64,000 nt of DNA. It comes from Gemmatimonadaceae bacterium. GTDB taxonomy: Bacteria > Gemmatimonadota > Gemmatimonadetes > Gemmatimonadales > Gemmatimonadaceae. The translations under genes and the position numbers were made by a program. This document shows, piece by piece, positions 19,026 to 29,040 of this stretch (the first letter of the stretch is position 1; every line of letters starts with the position of its first letter). The stretch lies in contig DASPTK010000089.1 of assembly GCA_035623475.1 (NCBI GenBank), forward strand, positions 19,279 through 83,278. Direction: 5' to 3'. The notes beneath the pieces were generated by a model. That model saw only the letters and a program-made list of their open reading frames with translations. It was not told the DNA's origin and did not search any database.

Positions 19026-20318
19026 ATGACCTCGATCGACTTCTCCTCACTCGCGTCGGAGCTGTCCAATCGCTGGGCCAAGGAGGCGCGTTGGGAAGGT
19101 ATCCAGCGCTCCTACTCGGCCGAGGACGTCATCCGGCTGCGAGGCTCCGTGCGGATCGAGTACAGCCTCGCTCGTCAGGGGGCGGAGCGTCTCTGGTCCC
19201 TCCTCCACGACAAGGACTACGTCCACACCTTCGGCGCCCTCACCGGAACGCAAGCGGTGCAGATGGTGAAGGCCGGGCTCGAGGCGCTCTACCTCAGCGG
19301 GTGGCAGGTGGCGGCGGACGGCAACCTCGCGGCGCAGACCTACCCCGACCAGAGCATCTATCCGTCGAACAGTGTTCCCGCGCTCGTCCGGCGACTCAAC
19401 AACGCGCTGCTCCGCGCCGATCAGATCGAGTGGAGCGAGGGGCACAACGGACGGAAGTGGATGGTTCCGATCGTGGCGGACGCGGAGGCCGGTTTCGGCG
19501 GACCAATCCACGCGTTCGAGTTGATGAAGGCGATGATCGAGGCGGGTGCGAGTGGCGTGCACTTCGAGGACCAGCTGGCGGCCGAGAAGAAGTGCGGACA
19601 CATGGGTGGAAAGGTGCTCATTCCCACGGCCGCTTTCGTCCGCACCTTGAACGCTGCTCGCCTCGCGTCCGACGTGCTCGAGGTTCCGACGCTGATCATC
19701 GCGCGCACTGACGCGCTCGGTGCCACGCTCCTCACCAGCGATATCGATGAGGCGGACCGGGCATTCACGACGGGCGAGCGCACGCCTGAGGGCTATTTCA
19801 ACGTGCGCAACGGGATGGAGGCGGCCACGGCGCGCGCCCGCGCCTATGCGCCGTACGCCGACCTCCTCTGGTGCGAAACCTCGAAGCCGGACCTCGCCGA
19901 GGCGCGCGCCTTCGCCGAGGGCGTGCACTCGCGCTTCCCAGGCAAGCTGCTGGCGTACAACTGCTCACCCTCCTTCAACTGGTCGCGCCACCTCGACGCG
20001 GCGAGCATCGCCAAGTTCCAGCGCGAGCTGAGCGCCATGGGCTACCGCTTCCAGTTCATCACGCTGGCCGGCTGGCACTTGATCAACTACCACAGCTTCG
20101 ATCTCGCACACGCCTACAAGCGCGAGGGCATGCCGGCCTACGTCCGCATCCAGAACGGCGAGTTCGCCCGGGAAGTCGATGGGTATACGGCCACCAAGCA
20201 CCAGCGCGAGGCCGGCACGGGGTACTTCGATCGGGTGCTGCTCGCCGTGACGAGTGGTCAGGCATCGACCGCGGCGCTCGCCGGTTCGACGGAGGCCGAG
20301 CAGTTCCAGCACGCGTGA
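19026..20318 (+). CDS. aceA: isocitrate lyase
   Basis: 430 aa with the catalytic KKCGHMGGK loop, WQVAADGN.. and ARTDA segments. Confidence 0.93.
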   Translation: MTSIDFSSLASELSNRWAKEARWEGIQRSYSAEDVIRLRGSVRIEYSLARQGAERLWSLLHDKDYVHTFGALTGTQAVQMVKAGLEALYLSGWQVAADGNLAAQTYPDQSIYPSNSVPALVRRLNNALLRADQIEWSEGHNGRKWMVPIVADAEAGFGGPIHAFELMKAMIEAGASGVHFEDQLAAEKKCGHMGGKVLIPTAAFVRTLNAARLASDVLEVPTLIIARTDALGATLLTSDIDEADRAFTTGERTPEGYFNVRNGMEAATARARAYAPYADLLWCETSKPDLAEARAFAEGVHSRFPGKLLAYNCSPSFNWSRHLDAASIAKFQRELSAMGYRFQFITLAGWHLINYHSFDLAHAYKREGMPAYVRIQNGEFAREVDGYTATKHQREAGTGYFDRVLLAVTSGQASTAALAGSTEAEQFQHA

Positions 20319-21217
20319 GGCCCGATCGGCCCGTCGTTCTGGGAGTCATTGGAGATTCGGGATCGGGAAAGTCGACGCTCATCTCGGGCGTCGGCTGGCT
20401 CCTCGCCGGCGCCCGCGTCACCGACCTCTGTCTCGATGACTACCACCGGTACGACCGGGCCGAGCGCTCGCGACGCGCCCTCACCGCTCTCCACCCCGAC
20501 TGCAACCGCCTCGATGTGATGGGAGACCACCTGCGGCGCATCCGCCGCGGGGAGTCGGTGACCAAGCCGGTGTACGATCATCGCACCGGCACCTTCGGGC
20601 CTGACGAGGTGCTCTCGCCGGGAGACTACGTGCTGGTGCACGGCCTGCTCGGACTCCACGACTCCTCGCTCGAGCGCTGCTACGACCTGACGGTCTTCCT
20701 CGATCCCGACCCCGATCTGCGTATTCGCTGGAAGCTGCAGCGTGACATCTCCCGCCGGGGATATTCAGAGGCGCGCGTCCGGGCGCAGCTCGAGCACCGA
20801 ATGGCCGACGTGGAGCGCTACGTGCGCCCGCAGCGCGAGCGCGCCGACATCGTCGTCAGGTTTGTGCCGGCCGAGGGGATGCCCCCGACTGCGCACATCA
20901 CCCTGGGAGCACGCTCACCGGTCGCCGTGAAGGGTCTGTTGCGCACTGTCTGTGAACGGGTGGCCTCCCCCACGATCCGTCTCTGCGATGACGAAACGAT
21001 GCTGGAGATCGATGGGGAGATCTCGGACTGTGCTACCCACGCGGCGGTTCACGCGCTCGCCGAACGGCTCCCCGGCGATCCCGAGGCACGGGCGACGCAT
21101 CTCGGCACGGTGATCGAAGGGACGGCGGAGCGCCACTCGAACACCTTGGCCGTCGCTCAGATGGTCGTCACCTCGATGCTCCTCGCCGCCGCGGCGAGGG
21201 CTGCGACGCCGGCCTAA
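20315..21217 (+). CDS. phosphoribulokinase/uridine kinase-family P-loop kinase (300 aa)
   Basis: GTG 20315 overlaps the aceA stop (GTGA). P-loop [11 protein letters not shown], then [17 protein letters not shown] and [11 protein letters not shown], typical of the PRK/UK family. The ~120 aa C-terminal extension is unassigned. Confidence 0.75.
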   Translation: MRPDRPVVLGVIGDSGSGKSTLISGVGWLLAGARVTDLCLDDYHRYDRAERSRRALTALHPDCNRLDVMGDHLRRIRRGESVTKPVYDHRTGTFGPDEVLSPGDYVLVHGLLGLHDSSLERCYDLTVFLDPDPDLRIRWKLQRDISRRGYSEARVRAQLEHRMADVERYVRPQRERADIVVRFVPAEGMPPTAHITLGARSPVAVKGLLRTVCERVASPTIRLCDDETMLEIDGEISDCATHAAVHALAERLPGDPEARATHLGTVIEGTAERHSNTLAVAQMVVTSMLLAAAARAATPA

Positions 21218-21230
21218 CGGGGAAGCGCCG

Positions 21231-21407
21231 TCAGCCTTGCTCTTCGCTGGGTGGTGCCGGCTTCGAGCGACGGAGCCAGGTGAGGGGGAGGATGAACAGG
21301 GGCGTGAGCAGATGCCCCAGCAGGGAGTTGATCCAGATCAGGCCGATGTAGAAGCAAATCAGCCCGACGCTCACCCAGATTGTCCCCAGCGGTCCGTGTG
21401 TCTCCAC
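21231..21407 (-). CDS. hypothetical small membrane protein (58 aa; below ORF-track cut-off)
   Basis: My own translation from GTG 21407: VETHGPLGTIWVSVGLICFYIGLIWINSLLGHLLTPLFILPLTWLRRSKPAPPSEEQG. It shows two hydrophobic helices and a basic tail. No RBS evaluated. Confidence 0.35.
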   Translation of the reverse strand: METHGPLGTIWVSVGLICFYIGLIWINSLLGHLLTPLFILPLTWLRRSKPAPPSEEQG

Positions 21408-21542
21408 GCGAGCCTCACGAGCGATGGAACGTGACGTCGACCGACCGGGAATCTAGGGTCCCTCCAACTCGGGTACCAGGCCGCCAACCCTCCGTCCGGA
21501 TTCCGAGCGCCGCCCGTGGCGACATGTGTGTATCTTTCAGCT

Positions 21543-22868
21543 ATGGTAGTTGAGTCGACCGTCGGAGAGTCGACGTACGGGGTGACGTCCGCGGTGGATA
21601 GCGTCCGTAGCGCCGTAGCCCGCACCCTCGAGGGCGGGCCGAAGGTGGTGCTCGCCGTGTCGGGCGGGCGGGACTCGATGGCCCTGCTCGACGCCGCCGC
21701 ACGGGTGAGGCCGGACCGCATCGCAGCGGTAGCCACCTTCGACCACGGCACAGGTTCGGCCGCCGTGCGAGCCGCCGACCTCGTCGAGCGGGAGGCCCGT
21801 CGACGGGGCTTCCAGGTGGTCCGTGGCAGGGCGCGGCTCGCTGGGGCGACGGAGGCGCGCTGGCGCGCGGCGCGGTGGGCATTTCTGCGCCGAGCATCCG
21901 TGGCGCTGCAGGCCCGGGTCGCGACCGCCCATACGCGCGACGATCAGGTGGAGACGGTGCTGCTCCGCATCCTTCGCGGCTCCGGCGCGCGCGGGCTGGC
22001 TGCGCTGCGCGCACCCAGCGACGTCGTTCGCCCATTGCTCGACGTCGATCGGACCGTGGTCGCGCAGTACGCCACCGCTCGGCGCGTACGGTTCGTCGAG
22101 GATCCGAGCAACGCGCTGCGCGACCGCCAGCGGAACCGGGTACGTCTCGATCTCCTGCCGGCGCTTGAAGCGGCGAGCCCGGGACTCTCCGCCGAGCTTC
22201 TTCTTCTTGCCGAGGAGGCTGCTCGCCTGCGGCGAGACGTCGAGCGCCTGGCAGGGGAGCTCGTCGAATCGGTGGAACGCCATGAGGTCTGCGTGGTGCG
22301 GCAGGCACTCGCCGATTTCGATCCCGAGTCGCTCGGCCTCCTCTGGCCGGCCTTCGCGTCGCTCGCCGGCGCGACGCTCGATCGTCGGGGAACGGCTCGT
22401 CTCGTGCGGTTTACGAAACAGGGGCGGCGCGGCTCGTACGTGCAGCTCTCGGGCGGTTTCGAGGCGGTCGTCCAGCGGGAGCGGCTCCTTCTGCGACGGG
22501 AAGTGACGGCCGGTGCGCCGGACGCTCAGGAGCTCGGCGACGACCTGCGGTGGGGTGGTTGGCACTTCCGTCGAACGGGCGCACACGGAGAAGGAGCCTG
22601 GGCGGCGGCGCTTCCCCAGGACCAGAGGCTTCTCGTGCGGGCCTGGCGCTCCGGCGACCGCATCTGGGCCGCAGGCGGGAGCAAGCCGCGACGCGTGAAG
22701 GGGTTGCTTCGAGATGCGGGTATCGATTCACGACGCCGGCTCGGCTGGCCGGTCGTCCTGGCGGGCGAAGAGGTCGTCTGGATCCCCGGCGTTCGGCACA
22801 GCCGCGCGCTCACCGGGTTCACAGCGACCGGCGCGGTGCACATCGTTTGTGAGCGCATCGATCACTGA
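21543..22868 (+). CDS. tilS: tRNA(Ile)-lysidine synthase
   Basis: PP-loop VLAVSGGRDSMALLD, then HTRDDQVETVLLRILRGSG. The start is either ATG 21543 or GTG 21516. Confidence 0.88.
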   Translation: MVVESTVGESTYGVTSAVDSVRSAVARTLEGGPKVVLAVSGGRDSMALLDAAARVRPDRIAAVATFDHGTGSAAVRAADLVEREARRRGFQVVRGRARLAGATEARWRAARWAFLRRASVALQARVATAHTRDDQVETVLLRILRGSGARGLAALRAPSDVVRPLLDVDRTVVAQYATARRVRFVEDPSNALRDRQRNRVRLDLLPALEAASPGLSAELLLLAEEAARLRRDVERLAGELVESVERHEVCVVRQALADFDPESLGLLWPAFASLAGATLDRRGTARLVRFTKQGRRGSYVQLSGGFEAVVQRERLLLRREVTAGAPDAQELGDDLRWGGWHFRRTGAHGEGAWAAALPQDQRLLVRAWRSGDRIWAAGGSKPRRVKGLLRDAGIDSRRRLGWPVVLAGEEVVWIPGVRHSRALTGFTATGAVHIVCERIDH

Positions 22869-23400
22869 CCCGCGCCTCGACGGGCAAGCGCTGAGCCGCA
22901 TCGTCTACGATGCCGATCAGATTGCGCGACGAGTCCGCGAGCTCGGCGCCGATCTCACGGCCGCGTATCCGGAGGGAGAACTGCTCGTCCTCGGTCTGCT
23001 GAAGGGAAGCTTTATCTTTCTCGGTGACCTCGTCCGCCAAATCGCCCGACCGCTCCAAGTGGACTTCCTCGTGGCCGCCAGCTATGGCGATGCCAAAACC
23101 TCGAGCGGCGACGTCCGGCTGGTCTACGACGCGGGAACCAAATTGGAGGGAAAGCACATACTGCTGGTGGAGGACATTGTCGACTCCGGCAGAACGCTCA
23201 CCCGCATGATGGATCTCCTTTCTCAGCGCCGACCGCGCTCGGTGGAGATCTGCGCTCTGCTCCACAAGCGGGTAGCGGCGCACCTGTCATACCCCGTCCG
23301 CTTCGTCGGCTTCGAGGCCCCGAACGAATTCCTCGTGGGCTACGGACTCGACCATGCGGAGGACTTCCGTCACCTGCCTTACATAGCGAGTTTGCAGTAA
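22849..23400 (+). CDS. hpt: hypoxanthine phosphoribosyltransferase
   Basis: GTG 22849 gives ..IVYDADQIARRVRELGADLTAAYPEGELLVLGLLKGSFIFLGDL. PRPP motif ILLVEDIVDSGRTL. It overlaps the tilS end by 20 nt. Confidence 0.88.
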   Translation: MSASITDPRLDGQALSRIVYDADQIARRVRELGADLTAAYPEGELLVLGLLKGSFIFLGDLVRQIARPLQVDFLVAASYGDAKTSSGDVRLVYDAGTKLEGKHILLVEDIVDSGRTLTRMMDLLSQRRPRSVEICALLHKRVAAHLSYPVRFVGFEAPNEFLVGYGLDHAEDFRHLPYIASLQ

Positions 23401-25376
23401 TGCCTGACCGCACACCCTCTCCGAAGCGGGACTTCAACTGGGGGCGTTTCTGGAAGACGCTCTCCTTCTGGGTCCTTTTGATCACGGTTCCCTTCCTGTT
23501 CATCCAGCTCTCCGGAGCCGGAAAGGAGCAGGCGAAGGAAATCGATTACTCCCAATACAGCCAGGAGCTGGATCGGGACAACGTCTCCAAGGTGACCATC
23601 CAGGATGGCAAGACCATCCAGGGTGAATTCCGCCAGCGCATCAGGATCGGCAGCCGCGATTACGGTCAGTTCACCGTGCGCTTGCCGGTGGCCAACGACT
23701 CGAAGGAGATCGAGCGGCTGCGCGCCAAGAACGTGATCATCCAGGCGACCGATGCGAAGGTCCCCTTCATGACGCAGTTCGTCCTGCTCCTGCCGTACCT
23801 GCTCTTCTTCGGGATCTTCCTCTTCGTGATGCGCCAGATGCAGGCGGGAGGTGCCAAGGCATTCAGCTTCGGGAAGAGCAAGGCGAAGCTCCTCTCGGGC
23901 GACACGCCGAAGGTGACGTTCGCAGACGTGGCCGGCGCGGATGAGGCGAAGGAGGAGCTTCAGGAGATCATCGAGTTCCTGCGTGACCCGCAGAAGTTCA
24001 CGCGCCTCGGTGGCCGTCTGCCGAAGGGCGTACTCCTCGTCGGCCCTCCGGGAACCGGCAAGACGCTGCTCGCGCGCGCCGTCGCAGGCGAGGCGGGACG
24101 CCCCTTCTTCTCGATGTCCGGCTCGGATTTCGTGGAGATGTTCGTCGGCGTCGGCGCCAGCCGTGTGCGCGACCTCTTCGAGCAGGGGAAGGCGCATGCA
24201 CCGTGCATCATCTTCATCGACGAGATCGATGCCGTCGGCCGTCATCGCGGAGCGGGGCTCGGCGGTGGACACGACGAGCGGGAGCAGACGCTCAACCAAC
24301 TGCTCGTGGAAATGGATGGCTTCGAGTCGAACGAAGGGGTCATCCTCATCGCGGCTACGAATCGCCCCGACGTCCTCGATCCGGCGCTCCTGCGTCCAGG
24401 GCGCTTCGACCGGCAGGTTGTTGTCGATCTTCCGGACCTTCGCGGACGCGAGGAGATCCTGCGCGTTCACCTGCGGCGGGTCCCGGTGAGCGATGACGTC
24501 GACGTGAGCGTGATCGCGCGCGGAACGCCGGGGATGTCGGGGGCCGACCTCGCCAATCTGGTGAACGAAGCGGCCCTCCTCGCCGCCCGGCGCAACCACG
24601 ACAAGGTCTACCTCTCCGACCTCGAAGAGGCGAAGGACAAGGTGATGCTCGGCGCCGAGCGGAAGTCGATGGTGATGAAGGAGGACGAGAAGCGCCTCAC
24701 CGCCTATCACGAGGCGGGTCACGCGGTCTGCGCCCTCAAGGTCGCGGGGAACGACCCCGTGCACAAAGTCACCATCGTTCCGCGCGGGCGGGCGGCCGGC
24801 ATGGCCGTGACCCTCCCCACCGAGGACCGGTACTCGATCACCCGGCAGCAGCTCGGGGCGATCCTCGTGATGACGTACGGCGGCCGCGTGGCCGAGGAGA
24901 TGATCTTCGGTTACGACAAGGTCACTACGGGCGCTGCGAACGACATCCAGAAGGCGACCACGCTTGCCCGCCGGTATGTGGCGCAGTGGGGACTCTCCGA
25001 TGCGATCGGACCGGTGCTGGTGGGTGACAACGAGCAGGAGGTCTTCCTCGGGCGCGAGCTGATGCATCGCCGCGAGGTGTCCGAGCGAACTGCCCAGGCG
25101 GTGGATGCCGAGGTGACGCGGCTCCTCAACGAGTCGTACAACCACGCCAAGCAGGCGTTGAGCGAGAATCGCGACCTGCTCGAGCGGATCGCCGCGGCAT
25201 TGCTCGAGCGCGAGACGCTCACCTCGGACGATCTCGACATCCTGGTGCGCGGCGAGACGCTCCCCCCGCGGAAGACCGGGAGCTCGCCCGCTCCGGCGGC
25301 GGCGCGCGGCCAGGTGACGCAGCCGGCGCCCGCCAAGCCGCCTCTGCTCGGTGGACCGGAGGTGGCCCCGGCGTGA
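23400..25376 (+). CDS. ftsH: ATP-dependent zinc metalloprotease FtsH
   Basis: 658 aa. Walker [12 protein letters not shown], Walker [31 protein letters not shown], and zinc site HEAGHAV. The ATG overlaps the hpt TAA by 1 nt. Confidence 0.96.
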   Translation: MPDRTPSPKRDFNWGRFWKTLSFWVLLITVPFLFIQLSGAGKEQAKEIDYSQYSQELDRDNVSKVTIQDGKTIQGEFRQRIRIGSRDYGQFTVRLPVANDSKEIERLRAKNVIIQATDAKVPFMTQFVLLLPYLLFFGIFLFVMRQMQAGGAKAFSFGKSKAKLLSGDTPKVTFADVAGADEAKEELQEIIEFLRDPQKFTRLGGRLPKGVLLVGPPGTGKTLLARAVAGEAGRPFFSMSGSDFVEMFVGVGASRVRDLFEQGKAHAPCIIFIDEIDAVGRHRGAGLGGGHDEREQTLNQLLVEMDGFESNEGVILIAATNRPDVLDPALLRPGRFDRQVVVDLPDLRGREEILRVHLRRVPVSDDVDVSVIARGTPGMSGADLANLVNEAALLAARRNHDKVYLSDLEEAKDKVMLGAERKSMVMKEDEKRLTAYHEAGHAVCALKVAGNDPVHKVTIVPRGRAAGMAVTLPTEDRYSITRQQLGAILVMTYGGRVAEEMIFGYDKVTTGAANDIQKATTLARRYVAQWGLSDAIGPVLVGDNEQEVFLGRELMHRREVSERTAQAVDAEVTRLLNESYNHAKQALSENRDLLERIAAALLERETLTSDDLDILVRGETLPPRKTGSSPAPAAARGQVTQPAPAKPPLLGGPEVAPA

Positions 25377-26254
25377 CCTCGGTCGCGGCCGCGGGCAAGA
25401 AGTGGACGCTCCGGTCGCGCACGCTCTCGCTCGACACACCTCTGGTGATGGGTGTCGTCAACGTTACCCCCGACAGCTTCAGCGACGGGGGTAACTTTTT
25501 TTCCCCCGACGCCGCCTTCGCGCGAGCGGAAGAGATGGCGGAGGAAGGGGCCGACATCATCGACATCGGTGGCGAGTCGACGCGCCCGCAGGGGGCGGCG
25601 CCGGTGGACGCCGCGGAAGAGCGGCGCCGAGTCATCCCGGTGGTTGAGCGCTCCTGCGCCGCGCTCCCCGTGCCGATATCGGTCGACACCGTCAAGTCGA
25701 CGATCGCCGAGGCCGCGCTGGGCTCGGGGGCGGAGATCGTCAACGACGTCTCCGCACTCCGCCTCGATCCGCGCATGGGCGCGGTTTGCGCGTCGGCCGG
25801 CGCGGGGGTAATCCTCATGCACTCTCGAGGCGGCGTTTCCGACATGGCGACCTACGCGCACGCCGACTATGGCCCCGACGTCACCGGTGCGGTGATCGCC
25901 GAGCTGCAGGCCGCCATCGCGCGAGCGACGGATGCGGGAATCGCCGGCGAGGCGATCGCCCTCGATCCCGGCATCGGCTTCGCCAAGCGCAGCGAGCAGT
26001 CGATCGCGCTCCTCGCCGAGCTCCCCCGCCTGGTCGCACTCGGCTTTCCGGTGGTGGTCGGCGTCTCCCGGAAGCGAGTGATCGGAGAGCTGAGTGGCGC
26101 GAGCGAGCCGGCGGACCGCCTCGAGGGGACGATCGCGGCGAATGTGCTGGCGCTCGCCGCGGGCGCGCGGGTCTTTCGCGTTCATGATGTGCGGGCCGCG
26201 CGTCGCTCCCTCGATGTGGCGTGGGCGGTTCTTCGCCGCGGCGGCGCGTCGTGA
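25373..26254 (+). CDS. folP: dihydropteroate synthase
   Basis: MGVVNVTPDSFSDGG, IIDIGGESTRP and DPGIGFAK motifs. The GTG start overlaps the ftsH stop (GTGA). Confidence 0.92.
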   Translation: MTSVAAAGKKWTLRSRTLSLDTPLVMGVVNVTPDSFSDGGNFFSPDAAFARAEEMAEEGADIIDIGGESTRPQGAAPVDAAEERRRVIPVVERSCAALPVPISVDTVKSTIAEAALGSGAEIVNDVSALRLDPRMGAVCASAGAGVILMHSRGGVSDMATYAHADYGPDVTGAVIAELQAAIARATDAGIAGEAIALDPGIGFAKRSEQSIALLAELPRLVALGFPVVVGVSRKRVIGELSGASEPADRLEGTIAANVLALAAGARVFRVHDVRAARRSLDVAWAVLRRGGAS

Positions 26255-27051
26255 ACTTCTTCGAGCAGCTGAGGGTCCTCCACTTCGGGTGGCGCGACGC
26301 GATCGAGATCGCCCTCGTCGCGTATGGTGTGTATCGCCTCCTGCTGCTCCTGCACGGAACGCGAGCGGTGCAGATGCTTCTGGGCGTGGCCGTGCTCCTC
26401 ACGACCTACGCGATGGCGTGGCTGCTCAAGCTCACGATGATCACCTACGTGCTCGGGCTGATCTTCACCTACGGCGCCTTCGCCGCGCTCATCATCTTCC
26501 AGCCCGAGCTGCGCGCGGCCCTCGCCTATCTCGGCCAGTCGCGCCTGACGCGATTCTTTCGCCGCATGGCGGCCGGGCAGGTGGCGGAGGAGATCGCCGG
26601 CGCGGTGGAACGCCTCAGCCGCTCCGGCATCGGGTGCATCATCGCCCTCGAGCGCGAGGTCGCCCTCGGTGACTACGTGCAGTCGGGGACGGAGATGCAG
26701 GCCAAGGTGTCGGCCGACCTCCTGGCCACCATCTTCACTCCGTACTCGCCGCTGCACGACGGCGCGGTGATCATCCGCGGCGACACGATCATCGGGGCCG
26801 GATGCATCCTCCCGCTCACCCAGTCGCCGCTCACCGATCGCGCCCTCGGCACGCGGCATCGAGCGGCACTGGGACTCTCCGAGGAGACCGACGCCCTGAT
26901 CGTGGTCGTCTCCGAGGAGACGGCGCAGATCTCGATCGCGCAGAATGGGCGGCTGACGCGGGGACTGTCGGCGCCCCAGGTGCGAGACATCCTGGCCGGC
27001 GGCGCGCCTCGCTCGACGACCGAGCATCCCGTTCTGGAGCTGCGGGCCTAG
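26251..27051 (+). CDS. cdaA: diadenylate cyclase CdaA (DisA_N/DAC domain, 3 N-terminal TM helices)
   Basis: GTG 26251 overlaps the folP stop (GTGA). DAC motifs GCIIALERE, LHDGAVIIRGDTIIGAGCILPLT and GTRHRAALGLSEETDALIVVVSEE. Confidence 0.88.
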   Translation: MNFFEQLRVLHFGWRDAIEIALVAYGVYRLLLLLHGTRAVQMLLGVAVLLTTYAMAWLLKLTMITYVLGLIFTYGAFAALIIFQPELRAALAYLGQSRLTRFFRRMAAGQVAEEIAGAVERLSRSGIGCIIALEREVALGDYVQSGTEMQAKVSADLLATIFTPYSPLHDGAVIIRGDTIIGAGCILPLTQSPLTDRALGTRHRAALGLSEETDALIVVVSEETAQISIAQNGRLTRGLSAPQVRDILAGGAPRSTTEHPVLELRA

Positions 27052-27058
27052 CCTAACG

Positions 27059-29029
27059 ATGACTCCCGGCGCGATCGGGAGACGGGACGGGGCGCGGGCA
27101 GCGGTGGTGGGCGGCTCGGTCCTCGCTCTGGTGTACATCGCGACGCTCGCCCCGGGGCTCACCTTCTGGGACTCGGGGGAGTTCATCGCCGCGGTCCAGA
27201 CCTTCGGCATCCCGCACCCGAGCGGCACCCCTCTGCTCCTGGTTCTCGCTCGCGCCTGGCGGGAGTGCCTCTGGTGGCTCCCCACGGCGGCGGCGACGAA
27301 CATGCTCTCCGCCGCCTGCACGGCGGCGGCCGGCGCGATCGTCGCCTGGATCGTGGCCCGCCACCTTCGTGGCTGGATCGCCGGCGCGGCCGCGGCCGTC
27401 GGCGCGGGGACGATGAGCACCGTCTGGCTCAATGCCACGGAGACCGAGGTCTACGGCGCCTCGCTGCTCCTGGCGATGGCGGCGATCGCGGCCGCCGATC
27501 TCGCCGGCCTCGAGGGCGAGGCGGACGGATCGTGGCGCGCCCTGGCCTGCTACTGCCTGACGCTCGCCATCCCACTGCACCTCAGCGCGCTCGTCTGCGC
27601 GCCGTCAGTCATCGTTCTCGCCGGGCGAGGCGAGAGCGGGGAGTGGCGGTGGCGATCGGCCGTCGCCACGGGCGGCATCGCCATCGCCGCCCTGGGGACG
27701 GCGCTCGCACGGGTGCCGGTGATGCTGGCCGGGGCGGCGCTCGTCGGGACGGCGGCGGCGCGGGCGCCGGCGGCGGAACGCCGATCGCTCGGCCGGGCCG
27801 CGGTCGTCGCGCTCATTGCCCTCTCGGCGCTCGCCATCCTCCCCCTCCGTGCGCGCCACGATCCGCCCCTCAACGCCGGGAACGCGGTCACCTGGCGCGC
27901 GCTGGTCGATGTCGTGGCGCGGCGCCAGTATGGCGCGCAGCCACTCTGGCCCCGTCAGGCGCCGTGGTGGATTCAGCTCGGCAACCTGTTCGAGTACGCG
28001 GACTGGCAGGTCGCCCTCGGGTTGGCCCCCGGCGTCGCCCCCTCCTGGCGACGGACTCCGGTGACGATCCTCTTCGGCGCCGTCGCCTTGGTCGGGGCGC
28101 TGACGCTGCGGCGCCGGGAGCGGCGCCTCTGGGAGGCATCGGCGGTCCTCCTCGCCAGTGCGACCATCGGCGTGGTGATCTACCTCAACCTCAAGGCCGG
28201 CGCATCGTACGGGTGGGGCGTGTTGCCTGACAACGCGCCGCACGAGGCGCGGGACCGCGCCTACTTCTTCGCTCTCGCCTTCTGGATCTGGGGGGCGTGG
28301 GCGGGGATAGGGGTGGTGGAGCTGGCGCGGCGGGTCGCTCCGGCCCGGCGACCGGTGGTGACGGCGCTGATACTCGCGCCCATGCTCCTCAACTGGCGCG
28401 CGGTCGATCGCCGCCGCGAGCCGGAAGCCCACCTGCCCCTACGCTGGGCGCGCGCTCTCCTCTTCGATGTCCCGCCGCGCGCCGTTCTCTTCACCGGCGG
28501 CGACAACGACACTTTTCCGATCTGGTACGCGCAGTACGTCGAGCACATACGCCCCGATGTGACGATCGTCGTGTCCCCTCTCCTCCCGGCGAGCTGGTAT
28601 CGAGCGGCGCTCTCGCGGCGGGAGAGCCTCCTCAGTCCGGTGGATACGAGCGATGAGCGCATGGAGGAGATGGTGGAGCTCGAGGTCGTGCGGCGGGCCC
28701 GCGCGGCCGGGCGCCCGGTGGGAGCGACGATCGAGGCAGAGCCGGTCTGGTACGCCCTTGGCTCCGATCTCACGCTGCGGGGGCTCTTGGTGTGGGCGGA
28801 TCCTGGCGCGGCGACACGGGTCCCCGTCGGCGGGGAGATGGTGATGGTCGACACCGCGGCCGCGGCGAGATTCTCCGCCGCCTTTCCGCCGGGTCCGGAG
28901 CCGGCGGCGGAGTCGATCGACCCGGCCCCCGGGCGGGCGGCACGACTACTGAGCTGCCCGGAGGCGGCTCTGAAAGAGGTCCGGTGGGCTCGCGTCGATT
29001 CTCTTGATTCACGCTGTAAAGCGCGGTAA
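27059..29029 (+). CDS. DUF2723 domain-containing polytopic membrane protein (glycosyltransferase-C-like)
   Basis: 656 aa. N-terminal LTFWDSGEFIAAVQTFGIPHPSGTPLLLVL is the hallmark DUF2723 segment. Many TM helices, then a soluble C-terminal region. Confidence 0.75.
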   Translation: MTPGAIGRRDGARAAVVGGSVLALVYIATLAPGLTFWDSGEFIAAVQTFGIPHPSGTPLLLVLARAWRECLWWLPTAAATNMLSAACTAAAGAIVAWIVARHLRGWIAGAAAAVGAGTMSTVWLNATETEVYGASLLLAMAAIAAADLAGLEGEADGSWRALACYCLTLAIPLHLSALVCAPSVIVLAGRGESGEWRWRSAVATGGIAIAALGTALARVPVMLAGAALVGTAAARAPAAERRSLGRAAVVALIALSALAILPLRARHDPPLNAGNAVTWRALVDVVARRQYGAQPLWPRQAPWWIQLGNLFEYADWQVALGLAPGVAPSWRRTPVTILFGAVALVGALTLRRRERRLWEASAVLLASATIGVVIYLNLKAGASYGWGVLPDNAPHEARDRAYFFALAFWIWGAWAGIGVVELARRVAPARRPVVTALILAPMLLNWRAVDRRREPEAHLPLRWARALLFDVPPRAVLFTGGDNDTFPIWYAQYVEHIRPDVTIVVSPLLPASWYRAALSRRESLLSPVDTSDERMEEMVELEVVRRARAAGRPVGATIEAEPVWYALGSDLTLRGLLVWADPGAATRVPVGGEMVMVDTAAAARFSAAFPPGPEPAAESIDPAPGRAARLLSCPEAALKEVRWARVDSLDSRCKAR

Positions 29030-29040
29030 CTTAACATCTT

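Noticed and set aside
19871-20314. 5' extensions of the ORFs at 19871 (PRK-like), 51411 (cheW3), 53259 (peptidase), 31048 (ileS), 42619 and 44068/44547 (PATAN/Roadblock genes)
   Set aside because: The extensions overlap the preceding well-supported genes out of frame and read as low-complexity sequence. Internal ATG/GTG starts placed at 4-nt overlap junctions give native-looking N-termini.
23379-25439. A 686-aa minus-strand ORF
   Set aside because: It is fully antisense to the unmistakable ftsH gene and has no recognisable motifs.
28990-29040. A promoter-like TTGATT-17 nt-TAACTT inside the DUF2723 3' end, upstream of yggS
   Set aside because: Both hexamers are weak matches, and it sits in an operon-like context with an 11-nt gap. 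There is not enough support to call it.
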